NCBI GenBank assembly: GCA_973895155.1 | Contig: OZ316892.1 | Span: 14,686,861-14,750,860 of the forward strand | Length of the DNA: 64,000 nt | Direction of reading: 5' to 3' | From: Marsupella aquatica | Lineage: Eukaryota > Plantae > Marchantiophyta | Shown here: positions 42,717 through 53,889 of the stretch, one piece after another | Layout: each line of letters begins with the position of its first letter | How positions within the stretch are numbered: position 1 is the first letter of the stretch | Made by a program: the position numbers and the translations under genes | The notes under the pieces: generated by a model | Told to the model about the DNA's origin: nothing | Databases searched by the model: none | What the model saw: only the letters and a program-made list of their open reading frames with translations

Positions 42717-45700
42717 TCACCGACACTGAGGACACAACCATGATCCACTAGGAATCACCTGTAATGGTGGTGTCAAACATGACATGTGCCATCCTCTAGA
42801 ACACTTATCACAAATCAACATAGTAGCTGCTCCCTGAGCAGATCCACACAACATACATTTCAAGCCAGCACGAACATGTGCCAAGCTTGGATCTACTGTA
42901 CCATCAATGTTGGGAAGGTGACATGGTGCATAGTTGCGCACATGATCCTTCCAAACCATACCATCGCGTCCCTCCAACATCAGGACACCAGAAGGCAACA
43001 CTTCACGCACACGTAAGATTGTCCGGCCTGCGGTCACATCAAGTGTCGTGGGTGCTGTCTGCTGCAAATAAACATAATCACCAGGATGAAATCGTCGAAT
43101 GCTTGCACGATAACCTCCTCCACGAATAGTGGCATACCTCAAAGTATCACGATGTTGGGCAATGGCAAGGTTGTCAAAAGCCATGGGCATCACTCTCTGA
43201 AATACCCGTGCTCTCTCTGAACACACCTTGACCCAAACATCAGGATCATCCAAGTTCACAACTGGTGCAGCATGACGACGAATAGCTGCTGGAAAATCTG
43301 GCTCTCTACCATAGAGCAAAAAGTAGGGTGAGAAGGATGCAAGTGATGCTTGCCGACTGAAACGGTAGCCCATAGCTAACCAAGGTAGCTGGAGATCCCA
43401 ATCTCCCAGATGACCAACCTGCAAGCCATACTTACGCAATCCTCTCTTCACAGTTTGCACAACTCTCTCAGCTAATCCATCTGCCTCAGGATGATCACGA
43501 GAGGTAGTGCGATGATCAATCAGAGCTTGTTCACACAAACTCTCAAACTCTCCACGGAACTCAATTCCTTAATCAGTCAATACCTCAGCTGGTGCTCCAA
43601 AATGACTGAGTACACGATCCAAAAATGTAGCAGCAACTCCTCCACTGGCTTTATCTGGCAACGCCACTAGCTCAATCCACTTGGAGAAGTGCTCCACCAT
43701 GACCAAAACATACCGATTATGACGTTGGGTAAGAGGTAATGGACCAGCAAAATCCAAACTCCAACGATATCCCAAACCCATGATCGGTAACGGGTGCAAC
43801 TGGGGAGTGGGAGCATTAAATGATGCTCTCACTCTGTCACATACCACACACTTAGCTATCAACTGCTGGACATGAGTGTGCATACCACGCCACCAATATT
43901 GTGTCTACAGCAAGCTGTAAGTGCGCTTCACACCAAAGTGACCCAACTCCTCGTGCGCATGTCGCACCAAATGTACTCGTTGTGATGGTTTTGGTACCAC
44001 CAACATCCTACCATCATGCAGTACTCTCAAAAGATGGTTTCCCTCCCATCGAAACCTCTTGGCTCTCTGTAGAACCCTGTCACGTTCCTTGGCATCAACA
44101 CTGCCAACAATAGAACTATTGCGCAAATATTCCAACACTCTCACATCATTGTGAATATCTTGTTGTCCAGAAGTTACCTCACCAACATCCACATCTGAAG
44201 ACTCATCATCCACTCCATCCAATGAGGTAGAGTCCACAGATCCACTGTATGCTGGCACCCAACAAAGAAAGGCAGATGCATGCCATCCTGGCACCATCTC
44301 CTTATCTGACTCATCACGCCATCTGGCTTCAGTCTCATCGTGCTGACTGGTACATGGATTGCGGCTTAATCCATCTGCATCCAAGTTCACTTTTCCAGGC
44401 CTATGCACCACCTGGAAATCATACTCCTGTAACAACAATGCCCATCGTGCAAGCTTCCCTTTAAGCTTGTCAGACTCCATTAACCACTTAAGAGGCTGAT
44501 GATCAGTGATCAAGGTGAAGGGGTTACCAAACAAGTAGCAATGAAAGTGTGCAATAGCCCACACTGCTGCCAAACACTCTCCCTCATAAGAGCTATACTT
44601 AGCCTCTGCTGAATTGTTTGATCTACTGGCATAAGCCACAACAAACTCATTCCCCTCATCATCCTTCTGAGTCAGCACTGCTCCAAGTCCTACTCCACTC
44701 CAATCAGTGTGTAGCTGAAATGGTCTGCCTGAAATGGGTCTTCTCAAAATAGGGGATGATGCCAACCTTTGCTTCAACTCCTGAAAGGCATGCTCCTGGT
44801 CATCACCCCAAATCCATTCCTGATCCAACTTAGTGAGTATGGTCAAAGGTTTAGCAAGCTGGCTAAATCCTTTAACATACCTCCTGTAGTAGCTCGCCAA
44901 TCCCAAGAATGCACGAACTCTACTCACATCAGTAGGACAAGGAATCTGTGTAATGGCCTCCACTTTAGTCTGCTGTACACCCAATCCCCCTGGATATATG
45001 GTGTGGCCCAAATACTCAATCTGGTCTTGGAAGAACTTACACTTGCTAGGATGGAGCTTCAACCCATGTGCTCTCAATCTCTCCAACACAGTCTGCAAGT
45101 GCTGCTGATGTTCTTCCACAGTAGAATAATAGACCAAAATATCATCAATATAACATCTGACAAAATCCAAACCTGCAAGGATTCGATCCATGACTCTCTG
45201 GAACTCAGCTGGTGCATTCTTCAACCCAAATGGTAAGAATAACCATTGATACAAACGATCTTTGCCATAAGAATCAATCCCCCAGAATGCTGTCTTGGAC
45301 CTGTCAGCATGCCTAATTGGAAGCTGATGGTATCCTGCCCTCAGAATCAATGAACTGAAAACCTTTGCATGCCCCACAGCATCAAAGATCTCCTCAGGTG
45401 TGGGCATGGCATATCGATCAGATTTTGTCTGGCGATTAATAGGTCTGTAATCACCACACATGCGCCTATCTGTGTAATTGCCATGCACATCCTTCTTGGC
45501 TGGCATCACTATGGCAGATGCATACTCCCCATATGAAATCTCCACCAATCCAGCCTCCAACAAATCTTGAGTTCTGCTTTGAATCAGAGCTCTCTCCATG
45601 TCACTATAACGGTATGGTCTACGAAAGATTGGCGCATCACTAGCCAATTCAATCTGAATACCAGGGCCCTTCAATGTCCCCAAATCCTTCATGCTGAATG

Positions 45701-48700
45701 CAAAACAATTCCAATAACTCTTCAGGAATCGATGCATGCGACATCTCTCCTCCCCTATTAACTTAGGGCCAAGCTGTGGTTCCCAACTCTCCACCAAATC
45801 CCTAATATCTCTTTGTAGGGTAGAAGAGATAGCCGATGATTGCTATTTAGCAGTAGATTGAGAAGTCCCTTCCTGCTCAACAATCTGTCCAGCCGCCAAT
45901 CCTGTCATAGGTCCATGAACTGTCTGCTCGCCCCCAGCTGTGGTCAATACTGTCTCAGTGGACCGCAAGCTCACCAAGGGACAATCAGTAATTCCGCCAG
46001 AGCGCATCCGCAACTGTTCAGCTACTCCCAAGCTGATAATCCAAGTCAAACAATTCAAATCCATTGCTTGACCAAGAACCTGGCACCGCAAACCCTCTGA
46101 CACAGAGGCAACTGCAGTGGTGCCAGTCAAAAATCCCATAGCACGCTCTCTCTCATCAGCAGTAGGCTCCACTAACTGCTGGAGAGCTGTGTCCCATAGA
46201 AGTCCAGGGCCACCTACTCTGAATGCATATGAAGCAGAGTGGCTTACAAGAGTGGGTAATGCACAACGTGGGCACCCAACTACATTGACCATTGCCAATG
46301 GAGGTCTATCAGGTTGGGTCACACCCTGTGCACGATGCCCTGGATCCAAAATATCATCCACCACTAAGGCTGGTGAGCGTGGAATGTTGTCAAATGCGCG
46401 CTTCAGCACCTCACATGGGATCAAATTAGTCCACCACAAGCGTGGACGATGTGCACGAGAACCCACACGTGCAGCATCCAATAACACAACAGGTCCAATC
46501 CAAGACCTCACCTGGTGAACACTGGCAACGATCTGACTACGATCATCACCTAACAATGGCACATTCTCCAAAATGTATGCTGGAGACTATGTCTGATGTA
46601 GCTGGAGATGACGCAGCACCCGTAACATCTCCCAAAACAATGCAGAGCGTGGATCATGAAGTCCATGCCCAATGCCAGCTCTAGATTGGCCCTGACATGG
46701 CCAACCAGCAATCACCAAATCAATGGGGCCAACACGATGTAGATGATCCGCCCCCAACAATGAAATATCAGCAGGTAGTGCATGCTGATAACCACGAACA
46801 GCATCCACTGGCAGCAACTGTGGATATCTATCCACCAACATAGCTAGCCACATGTCGCAATGAGACCCTCCGTGTTGTCTCATCTGTCTCCACATACAAA
46901 TAACGACGCACAGGAATTCCTGCCTGAAGAACAGCAGCCAATCCAGTGCTAATCCCACCAAAAAGATCCAACAAACAAATACCCTCCGGTGGATACTGCC
47001 AAGCAATAGGAGTGGTATCCAATGGTGAAAGAGTCACAGGTCCATTTGCAAGAGACTGCTCTGCTCCTGACTGTGGTGTAAAAGCATGACGCCATGCATC
47101 ATGTACCAATCGTGTTGCTGCCTGTGGTAAGGCTTGTGCAATGCCCCACACTGGTGGCACAACACTGCCAACAGGTAATCCTCGCATGACGTGCTCTTCA
47201 TGAGACTCCTCCAATGGTGGAACATCGGCTGCATGCGCATTACCCTCAATCAAATCATCAGGTCTAGCAATTACACCACTGAATGCTGCCAAAGACAATG
47301 GTGTGGATTTAGGGCCTCCCACAGGTCCACTAAATCTCACTGGCAATTTGCTCAATCGAGCATCTCCTGACTGCCAATCAGGTCTATATGACACTGATTC
47401 CTCCCAAAAATCAAGAATAAATCCCATGGGGTAGAGCACTGTACATCCCACCAACACATCATATGACTCTGCCTTAGTCAGAATAGCTCGCGCCTGTATC
47501 TGTGAGCTATCTGTGGTATGACCTTCCTGAATCCTCAAATCAAGTGGTCTCCTGGTGATATGCTGTGTAGGTGTAGGTCCCCCCAATGAAGTCTGAATGG
47601 GAAAGGGACAATCCTCCAAATCCTCTGGATGCAATCCCAATCCACGTATGACAGACTTCCCCAACATCAAGGGCTGAGCACCAGTATCCAGTAACACTCT
47701 CTCTGGCTGGTATACTGCTCTAGAAGGCTCAACTAATCGGAAGATACCACTCCGATTATCCAATGACACAACACTAGGTTTAAACCTAGTCCTCTCAAAT
47801 GCAGGGCGTGCTGGTAAATCCACCAACCTCGCTGCTGTTGCATGCCATGTCTCACTAGTAGCAGTAGGTGGCATGGTCTTCACTACATCAACACTGCAAG
47901 TTGCTTCTGCATGGGAAACAACCACTGGAGTGTCCTCACAGAGTGTAGCTGCCAATCTGAACACTTCTGCAGGACCAACTCCCAAGTTCAGCATGTTTGT
48001 CATTGAAAATAATGGGGTGCATACTATGGCAGTAGCCGCCCCCAGCAAGGTACCTGTCATCCCTGCTGCATCACTACCTGATTCTGCCAACTTACCCACA
48101 TCAGGGTTTGTCCAAACCGGGTTCATAGAGGCAGTCTGAACAATGTAAAAGACTGAGGAAGCTTTGTCTGCCTACGTGCATCCCCCCTTTGTGGATCTAA
48201 CTCCACTACTGCTCCTCGGGGCTCAAGAGCTTTGGCTGCCCCACGTGTCAAAGCTGCTGATGCATCAATATGTGCAGTGCCACACATGAATCCCATGGTG
48301 GCAAGGTCTCCATCAGCTCCATAAGATGTGGAAGGACCATGGGATATGGAAGGTCCATAGGATGTAGATGCCCCATCACCAGAATTAGGTCTCACCTGGG
48401 AACTAGCCATGGCAGCTAGTTGTTGCTCCAATTGAGCAATCTTAGCATCCTTTGGATCTATGGTTACAGCAGGGGCAGCGTCACCTCCCTGTCTCCCTGC
48501 ATGTGGCATGCCACGACCACGTCCACCACCTCTACCTCCTCCTCCTCTTCCCTGATCATGTGTACGGGATCCTCCTCTCCGTAACTCAGGGTGGAGTGAG
48601 AAACACCTATCCTTGGTGTGTCCAGGAGCTCCACAGTGATCACACTATCGCTGATCAGGCGCTGATGCTCCCCCTGATCCTCTATGATCTGGACAATATC

Positions 48701-49826
48701 TCTATGCATGATCCCCACCATAGGTCCAACATCCTGACTGCTGTCCAGCATAAGAGGGCACAGGTCTTTGGCTGGTAGACTTTCGTGCAGTAGGCTTCTC
48801 CCTCTGGCTCTTCCATGCAGTAGGCTGTGGTATGGATGTAGATGCAGCCTTTGGTGCTTCCTTGGCAAATCCGGAAGTCACCACCTTCTCATTCACCATA
48901 TTGAGCTCAATGCGCTCAGAAAGGGTGAAAACAACTGCTAATGTGGGATCTGCATCCCTAAGCAGAGTGACATCTCTCACTCTGCGTCGCAATTCTCTGT
49001 CCAAAATTGCATACCAAAACTGGACTGCCTGAGCCTCTGTCACTCCCTTGGTGATAGTGATCAATCTGTGCATACGTGTGTATGCCTCACGTAGGCTCTC
49101 TCCAGTCTTGCGTTGGAACTCCTGAAGACCCTTCAACTTATCAGTTCTCACACCCTGATAGTTCTGCTTCAGTACCTCAAAGAATTCCACCACGGGATTA
49201 AATGCTGGCGCAACTCCAGTTCCTGTCATAATCACACCGGCAGGAGTAGTGGTGGATGCTGCTGGAGTGCTGCTGGTGGATGGTGTGCCACTCTGGCTAG
49301 TGCTGCTAGAAGAAGCAGCAGCTGTGGCAATGGGTTGGGCAGCCGCACTAGTGCCATAGGTGATGGACACGTAATTAGGCGACCAATGCTGCCTCCATGC
49401 CTCAATCTCAACCAAATGAGCCTTCCGAAACTCATTGTAGTCATCCATGGGTGGCCCCTCCAAATGCTGGAATAATCCCTTCCATGCCATGAAAGGGGTA
49501 AACAACGTGACGTTACGCAATGTCTGCATATCGCACCACGTATCAAACTCCTGGATGAAGTCATCCAGATCAATTGTGCCAACTGCACCAGAGTATCGTC
49601 GTGGGTCCTTTGTAGCCCCGTACATCTCGTCCATATCCCACAACAAAGGTGCAACCACCTGATGATGAGGAGAACTGGTCACTGAGTCCTCATCAGAATC
49701 ACTGTCTGAAGCTGCACTGCTGACTGCTACCAATGCCGCTGGCCGAAACTGTGCCCCACTCCGAGTGAAACCGGTCCGTCGTCCATCGGGTAATCCAGCA
49801 GCACCAAAAGAATCCGTGGTGACCAA
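42717..49826 (-). pseudogene. Element 2 gag-pol polyprotein: Gag(CCHC)-PR-DNMT-RT-RNaseH-IN-PHD; several in-frame stops and about two frameshifts
   Basis: Motifs CDHCGAPGHTKDRC; LLDTGAQP; RMCGDYRPIN, LPFGLKNAP, YIDD; LHTDWS, DHQPL; HEELGHFG..CVVC, WSLDFAG, ADGLAERVV. PHD CMLC..LICDKC..WHMSC..WLCPQC*. Confidence 0.95.
46032..46980 (-). pseudogene. Full-length DNMT3-like C5 cytosine methyltransferase domain between protease and RT of element 2
   Basis: Motif I LDLFGGI; II YVE; IV DLVIAGWPCQG; VI ILENV; VIII SRAHRPRLWWTNL; IX ERERAMGF; X RCQVLGQAMD. One frameshift (~46848) and one TAG (46587-46589). Confidence 0.92.
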
Positions 49827-50374
49827 CCCTAACCTAATCTATGTGCTAACCCTAAGGGCAATCTATCTCTGTCAGCACCACAAGCACTCACCATGGTGTG
49901 TTGGGTATCACTCCAACATCACCAAGAGAGAAATACACAGCACACTAGAATGTCTAGTTGCAAACCCGGATCACTCCTATGGAATCAAGCGCCCACACGA
50001 AACTAACATGGCGCATAAACAGGAAATATGTGTGAAGAGGATCCAGAAACAAGAATGGATACCATTCAACTCTCCACACAAAAGCAAATGCAAATCAATA
50101 TGACAATGTGCATAAGGTTCAAGGAAGAGCCTTCATAATAGGCTTCACAATGGCACTCCAATGTTGTAGATGAGAACCAAGGCAAAATTGGTTCAATCTG
50201 TGAGTCTAGATGGACTCAGAAGTATCAAAAACCCTAAAACAGCCTCTGATTTGGCCTAGAATAGGCCTCTAAACAAACCGGGAAGTGTATAAAGCCCCCT
50301 GGCGCTTGAATCTAAACAACAAGTTGTCAAAGCTTATGTGTACACAAGGTGGGATGAGAACTTGCCAGTTAAGC

Positions 50375-50925
50375 GCTCGCGGCTGGGAATAGCCCCGGGA
50401 TGGGTGACCTCCTCGCACTCAACCTTGTGCCTCCCCTCGCGCTCACGGCCCGGAATAGCCCCGGGATGGGTGACCTCGACCTCGCGCCTGCCTGCGCTCG
50501 CGATGGGTGACTTCGCGCTCGCGGTTGGGAGCACTTTCGGGATGGGTGACCTCTCGCGTCGCCTCGCGCGAGCACTTTTGGGATGGGTGACCTTGTGTGC
50601 CTCACACCTGACCCCAAAAACGACTACTTCCTTCACGAAAAGCTCCCGAAAACTGTCGATTTTCTTCATGAAAAACGCAGCCCTTCCACAGAATTGGCAG
50701 CAGCTTGATTCAACACCTTTGACCCTCATTTCTTTCACTGAAATGATGATACCGTCGCACGGGGCATTGGCAGCTCTTTTCCTTCAGGAAAAGAGCCGTC
50801 GCTTCACCTGCGCCTTGCCAACATCGTCCAACAATAGCCGGCAATCAGATCTGAAGCCCCACAGTAGCCGACAATCAGATCTGAAGCCTCACAGTAGCTG
50901 GCAATCGGATCTGAAGCCTCACGGA
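50375..50925. repeat. Tandem repeats in the 5' leader of element 2
   Basis: gatgggtgac recurs about 5 times in 50398-50595. A 30-bp unit acagtagc(c/t)g(a/g)caatc(a/g)gatctgaagcc(c/t)c occurs x3 at ~50831-50922. Confidence 0.8.
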
Positions 50926-51181
50926 TTGACTTCCACTGTCCAACATCTACTCAACATTCGCTTTCCTCCACGAATCATCAATCGACCTCCAACTCAAAAC
51001 CTGTCACAAATCACAGATTTGTACATCGATCGGGAAGCAGGCCGATCGGACAACAACGATACAGGTCAAGATACCAACGATCTGTTCGATAACAACACAC
51101 GATCCGAGCTACCACGAACCGTCAACAACTCAATCAATCAAACTTCTGTCTGCACAGTCCGTACAACAGATTTTGAATGCG

Positions 51182-51193
51182 ATCTTTCAATGT
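51182..51193 (-). promoter_or_regulatory. Putative self-priming PBS of element 2
   Basis: 51182-51193 (ATCTTTCAATGT) is the exact reverse complement of 51372-51383 (ACATTGAAAGAT). On the minus strand the latter begins in an initiator-like TCATCT. Confidence 0.6.
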
Positions 51194-52168
51194 AATCTCC
51201 ATACAATCGGCACAATGATCTCGGTCAACAATACCCCATCGATCCCGCACCGATCCGATCACACACGTATGTCAAGCCAACGCACCTTGCACTACTCAAG
51301 GAATCCACGTTACACAAGCGGAGCTCACAGCCACCATAGCCACACTCAAGCTCCTCTCTCTCCAAGGCTCAACATTGAAAGATGACCTTTCAATGCCTCA
51401 CAAGTGAGAAGTACCCCCTCACACAAACCTGACAGAACCTTATCGGCTCCAATAGCACTCATACCAAACGTACATACTCTAATAGCACGATATACTACTA
51501 CACTACTCAGAATGGTGTGACACACTACGTACATACCACCTCAGTTGCTTTTTCTTGGCACTTGGGAATGTGATTGGACTTTTTCTATGCATGTTGGTTG
51601 CTAGCAGCTTGCACATATGCATTGCCGGTGACTTGTATGTTTTTAATACACTATGGCTACGATACTATACGTCACGACAAATGTAGCAGTAGCTTCAGAT
51701 ACAATGTAGCTTGATTGGAAGGCAAGGAGGCCCATGATACATCTACACTGCAAGGTCACAACTCGACTTGCAACTTGTACTGGAAACATTTATGAATAAA
51801 AAGCAAGTTACATTCACTGTGTTCTTATGTATAAAAGTTATTCATTCTGCTGGATACTACCTTCAGTCTGCACCTTCAGTTTTGGAAGACATTGTCCATA
51901 TAGTCTTCGCACCACACTTAGCCATTTTTCCAACGACAGGATATTTTGCTTGAAGAAGAAATTTGAGCGAGGGTACGTAAATGGCCAACACTAGTGGTTT
52001 CACACAAGATGCACATGACAACTGCAAAACAGTTTCGAAATTTGTAGAACATCTCTAAATTGTTGGAGTACAATGCTGTTGCAGACTTCAATGTCTGCAA
52101 CTAAAGCAAAATTGCAATTGCTACTTCCTGTGAGCTATTATTTGAACTTGTTACCACTGTGGTGTAAA

Positions 52169-53384
52169 CTAAGTCAAGAGCTCATTGCTACAAAATACTT
52201 CCCCACAACAGGTGCACCTAAATACTTCATGCCCAGACTCATCTACTCCCAGCAACTCAACATTAACTCTATGACCATCTGCTTTGATAGGAGCCCTCCA
52301 TTGTGCACCCATTGCACTAAATTGTCGTTGAAGCCATGCCTCCGCCTCAGAATGGGACCTAAAAGACTTGTGACTAGCTCCACTTAATCCACTCACCTGA
52401 CATTCTGCCTCCTCCCAAGTACGATATATTCCAGGACTGCGCCCCCTAGCAATGGCATACCATTTCTTCTTTGAGGTAGAGCCTAGATCACAATTGTATG
52501 GAAGAGCAATTGACTTAGAGCGAGAGGACAAAGTCTGTGATTGTAATTTCACCCTTGTGGCAGGCTGAGTTTGCGCAACGTCAACCAATTGTGCTTGTGA
52601 GGCTGACGAAGATGGACCCCGGGTACGCAACTCTTATATAATAGACAGGGGTCTACATTTTTATGTGGACTAAAAAGTTGGTTATACAAAATAATTAAAA
52701 TTTGAAAAAACCTGGGTTTTCCACTTTTAAAAATTTTCAAGTCATATAAAAGGTTTGGTTTTCTTCATTTTCCATATGAAATTAAAAAATATTCTTATAC
52801 ATGTTGTAATTTTTATTAAAAGATTTTTAAAATTTTAATAAAAATCCTAAAAAGCTGGCTAGTTTGGCTGTAGACCCCTGTATTAAAAAAAACCCATATA
52901 ATTTGGTTTTGATCAACTTTTTGTACATCAAAACATGTTTGGTTTTTTTTTAAAGTTACATTTTTGAATTCCTTGAGTTCAGAGGTACAAGACTTTAGTA
53001 GACTAAAATGAAATCTAAGATGGTCAATTGGATATAAGGCCGTTATAAGGAATTAAAAACTTGCCTTATAAAAAGGGGAGTTGCATACCCGGGAGATGGA
53101 CCTGCATTAGCACCCTGGCGCCGAGCCAATACAGGTTTTGGTGGCCCAACAACAGCCACTACAGGGGAATCGTGACCCTCTGATTTTGATGGCACTGTAC
53201 TTTGAGCAAGGGGAGGTAGCCTATCTCGATTCCACACTGAAGACAAACACAAAATCCGTTCCAACATGCGATGGAGGAAGAAGAGTAGTGCACTCAAACC
53301 TGCAAATACGGTCCATATGGCGAACCCCAATGCCCAAAACAACTGAACTACAAAACCAACACTGCCTTCATTGAACTTGGCCAT
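52169..53384 (-). pseudogene. MULE-borne gene: N-terminal hydrophobic helix + RNase H1 N-terminal/caulimovirus P6-like hybrid-binding domain; ~243 aa once the MITE is removed
   Basis: MAKF..FVVQLFWALGFAIWTVFAGLSALLFFL joins in frame (GANAGPS|SSASQ) to KWYAIARGRSPGIYRTWEEAECQVSGLSGASHKSFRSHSEAEAWL after excising 52618-53093 and one TSD copy. Confidence 0.8.
52618..53093. mobile_element. 476-bp AT-rich MITE
   Basis: 16-bp TIR CCCGGGTA(C/T)GCAACTC. 8-bp TSD AGATGGAC at 52610-52617 and 53094-53101. Confidence 0.92.
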
Positions 53385-53889
53385 TGCCAAATGGCAATCT
53401 TGTCCTTGGCGCTCTCGTTGTCGCTCTCCTGTCCCTGGTGCTCTTGCTCTCTCTAGCGCTCTCGGGCGTTGCACAATCTACTCAGACCTCTCTCTCTGGC
53501 GCTGCAGTGCTGTCCTGTCCGTCCTCTACTACACTGGTCTCCTAAGACCTCCTCCCTTTGTTGTCACTCACGTGGACGACTTCAAAGACTCCGCTTTAGT
53601 CCGCTCGCAAAACGCGCACATTCTCCATGGAACACTCAATGTCGACCGACGGTCCCGCGCGCCAATATCATTGCGGAAGTAGATTCAAATTTGAAGACAT
53701 TATGGTCAATGTCTTCAATAACAATGAAGGAAGTTAAGAAGACAACATGGTCGCTGTCTTCAAGTGCAAGCATGCATGGAAGATAAACGGGAAGACAACA
53801 TGAATATGTTGTATTCATCAGAGAATAATGGTGGAAAAAAGTGACAAGAGTCTGTTTTGATGCACAACCAAAGTTCAGTAATAAAGTAA

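Larger units (their letters stand above)
42407..51522 (-). mobile_element. Ty3/Gypsy-type retroelement 2 (9.1 kb) with no terminal direct repeats, inserted in repeat B2 of element 1
   Basis: Minus-strand ends are TGTCACA...GCACGACA. 4-bp TSD CACT at 42403-42406 and 51523-51526; removal restores B2 as a match to B1. A G6 PPT-like tract lies at 42547-42552 (minus). Confidence 0.92.
30913..51679 (+). mobile_element. Ty3/Gypsy-type retroelement 1 with split/permuted LTRs (A-coding-B-A-B); ~9.6 kb without nested insertions
   Basis: Ends are TGTCATG...CACGACA. 4-bp TSD AATG at 30909-30912 and 51680-51683. Internal order is Gag-PR-(partial DNMT)-RT-RH-IN-PHD. Confidence 0.9.

Noticed and set aside
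46032-46980. Host DNMT3/DRM gene or bacterial restriction-modification contamination
   Set aside because: The domain is intronless, collinear with PR and RT inside a TSD-bounded retroelement, and a homologous remnant sits at the same position in element 1.
50338-51195. 285-aa antisense ORF in the leader of element 2
   Set aside because: It is built largely from tandem repeats, has a non-ATG start and no recognisable domain, and no counterpart was seen in element 1.
30913-51679. DIRS/PAT/Ngaro tyrosine-recombinase retroelement, suggested by the split direct repeats
   Set aside because: No tyrosine recombinase ORF was seen. An HHCC-DDE integrase, an aspartic protease, TG...CA ends and a 4-bp TSD indicate Ty3/Gypsy-type chemistry.
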